Origin: Candidatus Iainarchaeum sp.
GTDB taxonomy: Archaea > Iainarchaeota > Iainarchaeia > Iainarchaeales > JAFCCJ01
Direction: 5' to 3'
Length of the DNA: 44,471 nt
Assembly (NCBI GenBank): GCA_017610305.1
Contig: JAFCCJ010000003.1
Location: forward strand, 1 to 44,471
The notes beneath the pieces were generated by a model, which worked only from the letters and a program-made list of their open reading frames with translations, was not told the origin of the DNA and made no database searches. Position 1 is the first letter of the stretch, and each line of letters starts with the position of its first letter. The position numbers and the translations under genes were made by a program. Positions 28,351 to 36,645 of this stretch are shown here, piece after piece.

Positions 28351-28836
28351 CTACTCCGTTTTTTCTTCCTCAGTTTCAGTGGCTTCTGCCTTTTCTGATT
28401 CTTCGGTTGCCTCTTCCTTTGCAGGTTCGTCCTCTGAAGCCTCTTCAGATTCATCTTTGGAATCCTCAGATTTTTCTGCCTCTTCGGAATCTGCTTCGGT
28501 TTCCTCAGCATCTTCCTCTGCAGGTGCCTCTTCTTCGGTTGCCTCTTCTGTGGCTCCCTCTTCAGAAACTTCCTCATCTGCAGCTTCAGCAGGTGCTTCT
28601 GTGCTCTCTGAATCTCCGACAACCTCGCCGAAAGAAACCTTTCCCCTGACAGCTGTGATTTTTACCTGTACCTTATCACCGCTTTTTGTGCCAGGAACGA
28701 TAACAACGAAACCCTCAATTTTTGCGATTCCGTCGCCCTTCTCTCCGACGCCGATTATCTCCATTTCCCTGATTTCCCCTTCCTTAAGTGGGGGGTCTTT
28801 TTCGAACCTTTTGGTATTGTATTTACTAAAACTCAT
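28351..28836 (-). CDS. TRAM-domain RNA-binding protein with acidic tail
   Basis: PPLKEGE..IIGVGEKGDGIAKIEGFVVIVPGTKSGDKVQVKIT; about 85-aa E/A/S/D tail; start ATG 28836 after AGGAGG. Confidence 0.9.
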   Translation of the reverse strand: MSFSKYNTKRFEKDPPLKEGEIREMEIIGVGEKGDGIAKIEGFVVIVPGTKSGDKVQVKITAVRGKVSFGEVVGDSESTEAPAEAADEEVSEEGATEEATEEEAPAEEDAEETEADSEEAEKSEDSKDESEEASEDEPAKEEATEESEKAEATETEEEKTE

Positions 28837-29079
28837 TTGAATCCAATCCTCCTTGATAGGCAACCAATGCAACCAATCCCATGCAGGCAAATCCGGGCTT
28901 AAAAAGCAGATTTAATGCTAAGAACCAGTTATTTCAATTAACCTTATTTCATTATTTTATTTCCTCAAATTTGAGTGTTATGTATTCATTGGCCGTTTAA
29001 GTCCTTTTAAAGGCTTCGGTCGCTGATTCAGCCCCAAATTCAGCAAAATAATAAATATTTGATGGAACCTTAGTTTTCT

Positions 29080-30009
29080 ATGCCTAAAGAATTTGATTGG
29101 CCAGTTATGAGGGACACTATGAGGGCACTTGCTCATGATTCAATGCAACCATTAGGCATTGTCAGTTCATCCTTAGCGTTACTTAAAGAGAAATACCCAA
29201 ATTCGAAATTAGATAGGCTTTATAAGGAACTTCATTTAGCGATAGATGCAATTCGGGAAGTACACATTAACTTTGGCGAATTTAGGAGGGCGGATGAGCA
29301 ACCATCCGAACTAGAACTGAAAAGAACCATAGTTCAATACAGAAAGCAGCTTGCAGAGGCGGATAAAAAACTGTTTTCAGTTTTTGATGGATTTAAAGTA
29401 TTTCACGACCAACACAAGCAAGAACTGCGCAGCAAGACGGAGAAAGAGATTAACAACTTGTTTTATGGCGAACGGGAGTATAAGTCTCAATTTTCGTCAA
29501 AATGGCTTGGCAAGAAAATGCCTGTACGTTTAAAACAGCAAAATATGCATAAGTTTCTTGATTGGTTTCTTAAGCAGAAATTTGTGGACAGGGACGGAAA
29601 CGCAGTAAAAATAGAGTTTTGGGGAAAGGATGTGGGGGAAGCAACTTTTGATGGTAAACTACTATATCGCTCCCTTCATAACCTTGTTACCGATTCACTG
29701 AGCCACACCCCTGGCAGGCCAATCTATATTTCCTTGAATCGGGAGAAAGGAAAGATTATGATAGGAGTCACAAATGAGGGTCCGAATCTCAAAAAGCATG
29801 AAATTAAGAAAATAGGAAAAGTCCGTTTCACAAGGGCAATGCATGACCCAAAAAGAGGCTATGGCAAAATTTCAAGTAGGCTGATTACCGAAGCCATGGG
29901 CGGAAAATTCAAAGTAGACAATTCGCACTTCGGCCCAAGGCTTTCAATGACCTTTCCAGTGGCAAAAAGTAAAAGCCCTACTCCCGTAAGAAGGAGAAGA
30001 GCAGCATAA
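29080..30009 (+). CDS. Histidine-kinase-like protein with degenerate ATP-binding domain
   Basis: H-box LAHDSMQPL; N box NLVTDS; G1 VTNEG; G2 RGYG..SRLITEAMGG. Confidence 0.7.
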   Translation: MPKEFDWPVMRDTMRALAHDSMQPLGIVSSSLALLKEKYPNSKLDRLYKELHLAIDAIREVHINFGEFRRADEQPSELELKRTIVQYRKQLAEADKKLFSVFDGFKVFHDQHKQELRSKTEKEINNLFYGEREYKSQFSSKWLGKKMPVRLKQQNMHKFLDWFLKQKFVDRDGNAVKIEFWGKDVGEATFDGKLLYRSLHNLVTDSLSHTPGRPIYISLNREKGKIMIGVTNEGPNLKKHEIKKIGKVRFTRAMHDPKRGYGKISSRLITEAMGGKFKVDNSHFGPRLSMTFPVAKSKSPTPVRRRRAA

Positions 30010-30015
30010 AATAAA

Positions 30016-30303
30016 CTATTCCAAAACAGTTAATTTACCGTTTTTGCCTGTGCCTACTTGAATCTGGCCCTGGTATTCGCTGCACCAGCCTTCTTCAATC
30101 TTGACCTTATCTCCCTCTTTAACCTGCTCGGTCTGCTCATTCCAAAGGGTCATCTTTACTTCGCCAGTATCATCCTTCAGGGCGGCATTTGCCACTTTTC
30201 CGCTTCCCCTATCATTTGCGAAGCTCCTTACTTCCCCAATGGATACAATTTCCCCCTCAAGGGAGTCAATAGCCGCTTTTGCCTTTAATTCATTAACCTT
30301 CAT
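30016..30303 (-). CDS. ssb: Single-OB-fold ssDNA-binding protein
   Basis: MKVNELK, KVANAALKDDTGEVKMTLWNE, GDKVKIE. Confidence 0.85.
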   Translation of the reverse strand: MKVNELKAKAAIDSLEGEIVSIGEVRSFANDRGSGKVANAALKDDTGEVKMTLWNEQTEQVKEGDKVKIEEGWCSEYQGQIQVGTGKNGKLTVLE

Positions 30304-30526
30304 CGTTCTACCTCCTAAAAAAAGAACTTATCCATTTAGGTCAGAAACGATTATAAAGGTTTTTTCTTCTCAGGGAGCTAAATGGGCTATTGTTAATGGA
30401 TAATCCCGGAACAAACCTGCAAATCCTTGAAGCAAACATATTTTCCACCTCCGGAAAAAGTGAGTTCAAGGCCTTTTTAAAGAACAAAGGAAGGGACCTC
30501 GTTTCCGGTGCGGATTTGCCTTATGG

Positions 30527-30913
30527 TTATTTCCGGTGCGGTTTTAAGAAATAGAAAGCCACTGCAGATATTGCCACTATTGCCAAACCCACAAGGCCAT
30601 ATGTCAACAAATTCACCAATTCCTCAGAAACATAAAACCCGCATAAATCTGCCCTGTAAGCTTCCCCAAAATAATGTTCGGGATTTTCTATGTGCGTTTC
30701 CCTCATTATCCCCGTTACCTCGGATCCGCAGTCGTGTTGAAAGTGCTCGCCCCCATATGGCGCCATAGAATAAACTTTGTTTTTGTATATGTAAAGGCAT
30801 GCCTCCCCTTCTGCTTCAACCTCCTCCCTCGTCATACATTCCGCTTCCTCAGCAAAAACAAAGGGGGAAATTAAAACAAAAACCAAAAAAACCAATATAA
30901 TTAATTTTTTCAT
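30527..30913 (-). CDS. Membrane-anchored cytochrome b5-like domain protein
   Basis: Signal peptide; MTREEV..CLYIYKNKVY..EH..CGSEVT..H..Y..L follows the b5 fold pattern; C-terminal TM. Confidence 0.55.
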   Translation of the reverse strand: MKKLIILVFLVFVLISPFVFAEEAECMTREEVEAEGEACLYIYKNKVYSMAPYGGEHFQHDCGSEVTGIMRETHIENPEHYFGEAYRADLCGFYVSEELVNLLTYGLVGLAIVAISAVAFYFLKPHRK

Positions 30914-30965
30914 TCCCAAGAATAAGTGCAAAACTAGTATTTATGATTATGTAATTTTGTGGAAA

Positions 30966-32084
30966 TTAAGAAATAATCCTATCTAGAATATATTCCGGCT
31001 TGAATTCCACCAAATCCTCATACCTTTGCCCTGTGCCGATAAACACAATCGGCTTTTTCAATTTATACAAAAGTGAAATTGCGGTTCCGCCCTTTGTGTC
31101 GGTGTCAATTTTAGTTAAAACAAATCCATCCAAACCCAAATGCTTGTCAAATTCAGTTGCCTGGTTCAAAAGAGCCTGCCCGGTAAAAGCCTCGCCAACA
31201 TATAATTTCAAATCAGGCTTTGCAACCCTGTTGATTTTCTCCAATTCACCCATCAGATTTTTGTTGGTTTCCTGCCTCCCTGCAGAATCAATCAAAACAA
31301 CATCGATCTTTTTTGCCTCGGCAGCCCTCACAGCATCAAATGCAACTGCTGCAGGATCCGCACCATACTGGTGCTTTATAACCCGAACTCCCAATTTTTC
31401 AGCATGGACCTCAATCTGCTCAATGGAAGCGGCACGGAATGTATCGGCAGCTGCCAAGATACAAGTAATATTCCTCTCCTTAATTGCATGGGCAATTTTC
31501 GCAATAGAAGTGGTTTTCCCCGCACCATTAGGCCCCAGAAACATAACAACAAACGGCTTCTTCTTTTCAGCCATCCCGAAAAAATCAATTTCTTCAGTGG
31601 AAATCATTGATGAAAGAACTTCCTTAATCTCCTCTTTCAAAAAAGCAGTAACATCCTTCCCCCTCGGAACTTTCTTGCCCACTAACTGCTCCTTTAATTC
31701 AGTAATCAATTCAGCGGCGGTTTCCTGCTCAACATCCGCCCCCAAAAGCGAAAGCTCAAATTCATCCAAAAAATCAGATAAATCCTTTTCCTCAATTTTT
31801 ATTTCCCCTGAAATAAAACCCTTAATCTTGCTCTTAACAGAAACCTTTGCCTTTAGTTCCTTTTCTTCCTCTCCCCTGACTTCCCTCAATTTTTCCTCAG
31901 GGGCCCTAACTTCCCCTGCGCTGGCTTCAACATATTCTTCTTCAGTTGCCGCAGGCTCTTCCTTCTCATAAACAGATTCTAATTGTTCCTCTCCCCCAAC
32001 AGCTTCTGCTGGCTTCTTTTCCTCAAGCTTTCCGGTTAGTTTTTCGGCAAAGGAGCCAATCTTTTTCTTAAGCAGGTCGAACAT
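30966..32084 (-). CDS. ftsY: SRP receptor FtsY
   Basis: Acidic N-terminus, GPNGAGKTT, DTFRAA, DSAGR, TKID..KGG. Confidence 0.97.
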   Translation of the reverse strand: MFDLLKKKIGSFAEKLTGKLEEKKPAEAVGGEEQLESVYEKEEPAATEEEYVEASAGEVRAPEEKLREVRGEEEKELKAKVSVKSKIKGFISGEIKIEEKDLSDFLDEFELSLLGADVEQETAAELITELKEQLVGKKVPRGKDVTAFLKEEIKEVLSSMISTEEIDFFGMAEKKKPFVVMFLGPNGAGKTTSIAKIAHAIKERNITCILAAADTFRAASIEQIEVHAEKLGVRVIKHQYGADPAAVAFDAVRAAEAKKIDVVLIDSAGRQETNKNLMGELEKINRVAKPDLKLYVGEAFTGQALLNQATEFDKHLGLDGFVLTKIDTDTKGGTAISLLYKLKKPIVFIGTGQRYEDLVEFKPEYILDRIIS

Positions 32085-32129
32085 TTGCACCACTAGACAA
32101 CTAATGAATCAGAGGAAAAAAGGAAAAAT

Positions 32130-32558
32130 CTATTTATTGGCTGAAGCAATGCTGCCCACGGCCTTTGAGAGATTATCCAGATTTTTGTATGTTTTCTGAA
32201 TCTCCTTTTCAGTCAATGAAAGATTCTTCTCAACTCCCTCAAGCCTTTTCCCCATCTCTTTAATGGCATTTTCAGGAGTATAATCTAGCATCACATTTCC
32301 AGGGAGGTTTAACTGAACTTTCTCCAGTTTATCAATATTTACATCAATAAGTGCCCCTCCCCCAAGCGGAATTTTAACGGCCTGACCCTTCTTGGCTTTT
32401 GAAAGGACTTTCAGGGCATCTATTGCGCCCCTTGTTTCATTAACAGCTTCACGCATATCATTAAATCTCCGGTTCAATTGTTCCATCTTTTTCTTTTCGG
32501 ACTCAAAAATTCCGGCCAATTGCTGCGGATTTATCTTAATTTCTTTTGGACTTTCCAT
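32130..32558 (-). CDS. pfdA: Prefoldin alpha subunit
   Basis: Coiled coils flanking IPLGGG; conserved position before ftsY. Confidence 0.85.
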   Translation of the reverse strand: MESPKEIKINPQQLAGIFESEKKKMEQLNRRFNDMREAVNETRGAIDALKVLSKAKKGQAVKIPLGGGALIDVNIDKLEKVQLNLPGNVMLDYTPENAIKEMGKRLEGVEKNLSLTEKEIQKTYKNLDNLSKAVGSIASANK

Positions 32559-32774
32559 TTACTTCGCCTCCGACAATTTCATCTCATTTATTTTAATGAC
32601 CCTTCTCTTCAGTTTATGCTTTGAGCCCATCAATGCAAATAAATTCTCCTTCGCGGTTCTTTCATTAAATCCAAAAACTAGCTTTGTGAATGTCTTCTCT
32701 ATGCCCTTATCTACAAATGTTCCGCTGGCTTCAAACGTTTGCTGTTTCAGTTCTTTCGTCTCTTTCTTTGCCAT
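32559..32774 (-). CDS. rpl18a: Ribosomal protein L18Ae/LX
   Basis: FTKLV...MGSKHKLKRRVIKI; operon position. Confidence 0.9.
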   Translation of the reverse strand: MAKKETKELKQQTFEASGTFVDKGIEKTFTKLVFGFNERTAKENLFALMGSKHKLKRRVIKINEMKLSEAK

Positions 32775-32775
32775 C

Positions 32776-33432
32776 TCATTCCCCTCTCAATCCTTCATCA
32801 ACCCTTATCAGCTCATGCCCCGAGGTATTTGCCCCGACAACAGCAGCCTTGCTATTTGCGAGAATATCATTCCCCACAAAAGGGTCGCCGTAATTTAATG
32901 TGGTTGAGCTCCCATTAACCCTGAAAAACTTTTCAAGTTCCGAAAACTCACCCTTTCCAATATTAGGGTGCACAATAAAGCCTTTATTTGTTACTGTAAG
33001 CGCAGCCCCGGGCAAATCAAACCCTGCAACTTGTTTCTGCAAAAACTCAACCCCGAAAAAATCCTGCATCTTATCAACAACCTTTTTTCCAATAAGTGGT
33101 GAGGCAATTCCCCCATTTTCATTCAGTGCAACAAGGTTTCCAAGTGCGCTTGAATGCAGCGAAATTACCTCCAATCCATTATCCTCAAATTTTTCAATCT
33201 CCTCTTTCTCCGTAAAATATGGCAAAACAAATTTCTTTCCCAAACCCGCAACAAACACCCCTATCAATGAACTGCTTGCAACAGAAACATTAAATATTTC
33301 CACATCCAATATTTTGAAATTTTTAACTTCCTTTTCCTCAACCCTGTTTGGAAGCAGTAAAACATCATCGGTTGCAACGCAAAAAACCCCCAAAAAAGGG
33401 CTAGCATTGACAGTTGATTTAACTATCTCCAT
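32776..33432 (-). CDS. eif6: Translation initiation factor 6
   Basis: FLGVF, SSLIG, ALGNLV, VTNKG, TLNYG, ANSK, TSGHEL. Confidence 0.95.
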   Translation of the reverse strand: MEIVKSTVNASPFLGVFCVATDDVLLLPNRVEEKEVKNFKILDVEIFNVSVASSSLIGVFVAGLGKKFVLPYFTEKEEIEKFEDNGLEVISLHSSALGNLVALNENGGIASPLIGKKVVDKMQDFFGVEFLQKQVAGFDLPGAALTVTNKGFIVHPNIGKGEFSELEKFFRVNGSSTTLNYGDPFVGNDILANSKAAVVGANTSGHELIRVDEGLRGE

Positions 33433-33440
33433 TATTTACC

Positions 33441-33890
33441 CTACTTTCTCTTGATTGCCGCCTTTTCAGCAGCCCTTTCCCTTTCCTTTTTGTCGGCCTT
33501 TTTCTTGTCTTCCTCGTCCTTAACTGCCTTCTGGGCATCCGTCATGGCATCTTCCTTGCCCTTCTTATCTTTTTCTTCCTTCTTTTTCTTCTTCTCTTTC
33601 TCCTTATCGGCCTTTAATTTCTTGTCATTTGCCAGTTCCTTGCTTCCCTTGGCATAAACCCTTAAAATCTCCCCATCCTTCCAGAAAACAACCTCTAGTT
33701 TTCTTGGGGGGTGATGTGATTTTTCCAGAATAATCTCATTCAAATCATTGCTAATCAAAACCTTGTCCATATGGGTGTGCTTTGTAGCAAATCTCCTCAC
33801 AGCTGTCACAGCCTTTCTTGACCTTTTTGTTTTTGGGTTGTTGAAAACCTTTCTCAACGGAATTATATATTCTGCCTCTTCCCCTTTCAT
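33441..33890 (-). CDS. rpl31e: Ribosomal protein L31e with charged C-terminal extension
   Basis: YIIPLR..KRSRKAV..VRRF..KH..LNE..PP. Confidence 0.9.
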   Translation of the reverse strand: MKGEEAEYIIPLRKVFNNPKTKRSRKAVTAVRRFATKHTHMDKVLISNDLNEIILEKSHHPPRKLEVVFWKDGEILRVYAKGSKELANDKKLKADKEKEKKKKKEEKDKKGKEDAMTDAQKAVKDEEDKKKADKKERERAAEKAAIKRK

Positions 33891-33895
33891 AAAAA

Positions 33896-34171
33896 TCACT
33901 TCCTGCCCTTGTCTCCTCTCTTAATGGTCTTCTTCTCTATCTTCCCGGACTTGACAGGCTTCTTGTTCTTAATCTTACCCTGCTCAACCTGCTTCTTCTT
34001 AAACTTCATCCCTAAAGCTGTGCTTCTCCAGTGCCTTTTCTGCCTTCTGTTCCATATTCTTTTCCCGGCCTTTTGCATAATCCAGACAGGCACATTGGTC
34101 AGCCCTGCACCGACCTCTTTTCTTGCCGCTGTCAGGAATTCCTTCTTTTCTTCAGTCTTGTTTCTTGCCAT
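33896..34171 (-). CDS. rpl39e: Ribosomal protein L39e with basic C-terminal extension
   Basis: MARNK..KK..L, VPVWIMQK, RHWR. Confidence 0.88.
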   Translation of the reverse strand: MARNKTEEKKEFLTAARKEVGAGLTNVPVWIMQKAGKRIWNRRQKRHWRSTALGMKFKKKQVEQGKIKNKKPVKSGKIEKKTIKRGDKGRK

Positions 34172-34176
34172 AAAAA

Positions 34177-34497
34177 TCACTTTCTTTTAATGTTGATTTC
34201 TTTTTTTGCGCCCATTTTTGAAAGCAAATCCTTTAACTCAGCATCACCCATCTTGCCCTGCAGCCTCTTTGCCTGCACAAAGTAAAGCAAGGCCTGTGAC
34301 ACCTTGAGATAAAGTTCCTGGTTAACCAATTTCACATTATTCAGCCTTGTCCTTGCCTCATCAGTCAGAACTTTCCTCAGAACCGCGCTAAGTTGGGCCT
34401 CAGCCTCCACCTGTCTTTGTTCTTCAGTATTTTGCTGGGCATATTGCTGTTTTAGTTCCTCCATCTTCCTTTTGCGAATCTCATCTTCTTCATTCAT
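34177..34497 (-). CDS. PDCD5-family DNA-binding protein
   Basis: IRKRKMEEL, LRKVLTDEARTRLNNVKL, INIKRK; start ATG 34497 overlaps the S19e stop. Confidence 0.92.
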   Translation of the reverse strand: MNEEDEIRKRKMEELKQQYAQQNTEEQRQVEAEAQLSAVLRKVLTDEARTRLNNVKLVNQELYLKVSQALLYFVQAKRLQGKMGDAELKDLLSKMGAKKEINIKRK

Positions 34498-35071
34498 TTG
34501 ATTTTTCCTCTTTCTTAGGTGCTTCCTTCTTCTTCTCAGCACCCTCTTTCTTGGCCTTTTCCTTGTCATCCTGGCCCTTTAGGGCTTTTTTGACCTCTGC
34601 GGCAGCCTCGTCCTTTATCCCTTTATTAAGTTTCAATTCCTTCACAATAGGCTTTCTGTCCTTAATCTTAACTGCAACTTCCTTGGCTTTCTTTGCAAGG
34701 AATGATTCCCCCTTGGCGGAAATTCCCCTGCCTTTCTTAGCCTTCTTAATCAGCCCCTCTTTTTCCAGTGCCTGCAAACAGGCCCTTACAACTTTCCCGG
34801 AGGCCTTCTTGAACTTCTCAGGCCTTACGCCCCTGTTCCTCTTTCCGCCGTAATAAGTCCTCAAAGATTCAGTTCCAACAGGCCCATCCTTGTAAACTCT
34901 GTAAAGTATGCTTGCCGCCCTTACATAAAACCAGTCAGGTCTAAGAGGAGCTCTTTCCCTATGGGCTCCGCTCTTTACCCATTTAATAAAATCAGGCTGC
35001 TGTAATGTTGCCTTAAATTCTTCTGCAACGCCATCAATAAGCTCTGTTGCTGGTACATCGTAAATTCCCAA
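34490..35071 (-). CDS. rps19e: Ribosomal protein S19e
   Basis: YDVPA, VKSGAHRERAP, DWFYVRAASI, LRTYYGG, LQALE; TTG start after GAGGTGA. Confidence 0.97.
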   Translation of the reverse strand: MGIYDVPATELIDGVAEEFKATLQQPDFIKWVKSGAHRERAPLRPDWFYVRAASILYRVYKDGPVGTESLRTYYGGKRNRGVRPEKFKKASGKVVRACLQALEKEGLIKKAKKGRGISAKGESFLAKKAKEVAVKIKDRKPIVKELKLNKGIKDEAAAEVKKALKGQDDKEKAKKEGAEKKKEAPKKEEKSNE

Positions 35072-35140
35072 TCAATCACCTCTCCTTTCGGAGTTTCTTT
35101 GTTCAAGCGCAATTTGCGCGAACGCCAAAAAAAGCGTTTT
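35072..35140 (-). promoter_or_regulatory. Structured leader of the rps19e operon
   Basis: Hairpins AACGC/GCGUU, GCGC-AAAUU-GCGC and CUCC-GAAA-GGAG, the last touching the SD. Confidence 0.45.
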
Positions 35141-35182
35141 ACTATTACATAAATTTCCTTAATAAGCTTTAAAAAGCCTTCC

Positions 35183-35716
35183 TTAGGCTGCTTTGAGGAT
35201 TAGGCCATCCATATAGCAGTCACCTGACGCAGTAACTTCAATAGTATTTGTAGCTAGGATGCAGTCATAACTCTGTTTCTCATATTTTCCCCCTATTGTC
35301 TCCCCGCCGGTAAATGTGCAATCAGAGATAGTTACTCCTGTACAAGTTCCGGATTGGGCGTTTTTAACCCATATTCCTGCTTTGGCTTCCCTTCCAACCA
35401 TAATTTGCAAATGTGAGCCTGTCTGCGTTGTGGTCCCCCCATTCATATGAAGCGCCTGGGCATTGAAGTAAGAATCAGTGACTATGGATCCCCCTACGAA
35501 CTCAGCAGGTGATCCACCTGGCGGATCCTCAAAACTCCCGTCTTTAATCTTCGAGCCTGTGCTAACCTGTTGCCAGAGGACATCCCTGAATGTGGTATCG
35601 GTGTTGTCTATTCCCCCGCCCGAAATTACATAAAGCAGGGTGATAATTACCACTCCCACCATAACGGCTCCGCCAATAAGCAGCAGATATTCCAGCGAAC
35701 CTTGTGCCTTGCTCAT
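35183..35716 (-). CDS. Archaeal type IV pilin-like protein (class III signal peptide)
   Basis: MSKA/QGSLEYLLLIGGAV followed by a hydrophobic helix; beta-rich domain with 4 Cys. Confidence 0.85.
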   Translation of the reverse strand: MSKAQGSLEYLLLIGGAVMVGVVIITLLYVISGGGIDNTDTTFRDVLWQQVSTGSKIKDGSFEDPPGGSPAEFVGGSIVTDSYFNAQALHMNGGTTTQTGSHLQIMVGREAKAGIWVKNAQSGTCTGVTISDCTFTGGETIGGKYEKQSYDCILATNTIEVTASGDCYMDGLILKAA

Positions 35717-35758
35717 GACTAATTAATAGAATTCAAGAAGTATTTAACCCTTTCCCAT

Positions 35759-36052
35759 CTATTTCCTGGTTTTTCTGACAGCGCCGCATTCAAGGCATTT
35801 AATCTCAAGAATTTTCCCGGAAACAGTCTCTTTTGAATTCTTCCCTTTTTTCAGAAATGCCCCGCATTTTTTGCAGAATTTTGTTTTCAGTTCTGCGGGA
35901 ATAGTGACCCTGTTTTTTGTGCCAATCTTCCTCGCCAGTTCAACATATCTTTTGCTCCTTTCCGGATGTTTAGGAAACTCCTTTTCAGCAAGTTCAAACA
36001 GGCGATAAACCCTTTCCAGGGAAATTTTCTGTACCGGTGAATTCTCCCTCAT
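35759..36052 (-). CDS. rnp4: RNase P protein component 4 (Rpp21)
   Basis: ERVYRLF..A, RYVELARKI, FCKKC, KCLECG. Confidence 0.93.
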   Translation of the reverse strand: MRENSPVQKISLERVYRLFELAEKEFPKHPERSKRYVELARKIGTKNRVTIPAELKTKFCKKCGAFLKKGKNSKETVSGKILEIKCLECGAVRKTRK

Positions 36053-36067
36053 AATATCAATCCAAAT

Positions 36068-36565
36068 TTAAAAATGCATAGGCCTTCTATTATTTTTTAT
36101 GATCGATGCTGATGGTTTCTTATATTTGTCTTTAGGTTTTACGGAGTTTATTCCCAGTCCAGGCCTTTTAGATCCACCCTTCTTACCTTTTACAATATCC
36201 TTTATGTTAATCAACTTCTCCCTTACCATCTCTTCCTCGATCGTTAGAATTCTTCGTGGCTCCACGGCGATAGCCCTTTCCCCCTCTAACTGCACGCTTA
36301 AAAAATCTGCAATCTCAGTAGCACTAAGTTTGTTGTGATATTTCAAAACAGTTCTTCTTAGGCGTGCCTGTAACCAATCACTAATTTCAATTAAGGTTTC
36401 AAGCTTAATCCTAACACTTTTTGCCCGGTTTCCGCCCCTATAAAGCATAAGCCCCTTAAAAAGAATTTTTTGGATTGACTTAGGCGTTGACCTTCCAGAA
36501 TGTTTCAAAATAGCATGAATAATAGTCTCAAAATTAGGCTCACTTATTTTTTCCCATCGTTTCAT
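36068..36565 (-). CDS. Basic hypothetical protein, possible HTH
   Basis: 165 aa ORF filling the gap; LSATEIADFL is HTH-like; K/R-rich tail. Confidence 0.6.
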   Translation of the reverse strand: MKRWEKISEPNFETIIHAILKHSGRSTPKSIQKILFKGLMLYRGGNRAKSVRIKLETLIEISDWLQARLRRTVLKYHNKLSATEIADFLSVQLEGERAIAVEPRRILTIEEEMVREKLINIKDIVKGKKGGSKRPGLGINSVKPKDKYKKPSASIIKNNRRPMHF

Positions 36566-36583
36566 ATTAAAACCTTCTTTTTG

Positions 36584-36645
36584 GCGAGCGTAGCGAGCAT
36601 AGCCTCCCGAAAGGGGCTATTCCGTCAACCCGAATAGGGGTTGGA
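36584..36645 (-). repeat. tRNA-trailer three-hairpin element E1
   Basis: TCCAACCCCTATTCGGGTTGAC-GGA-ATAGCCCCTTTCGGGAGGCTA-TGCTCGCTACGCTCGC directly after tRNA-Gly(TCC). Confidence 0.75.

Noticed and set aside
30501-30541. TTTCCGGTGCG repeated at about 30502 and 30530, and at 18946
   Set aside because: 11-12 nt matches are expected by chance in 44 kb; one copy is within a CDS end; no array structure.
30341-30554. Possible short ORFs (32 aa minus after GGAGGTG; 52 aa plus)
   Set aside because: No motifs and mutually overlapping; cannot be supported without conservation data.
31000-31971. 323-aa plus-strand ORF and other long shadow ORFs (e.g. 13733-14344, 23959-24597, 28379-28840)
   Set aside because: Antisense shadows of well-supported genes, with S/F/I-rich composition and no motifs.
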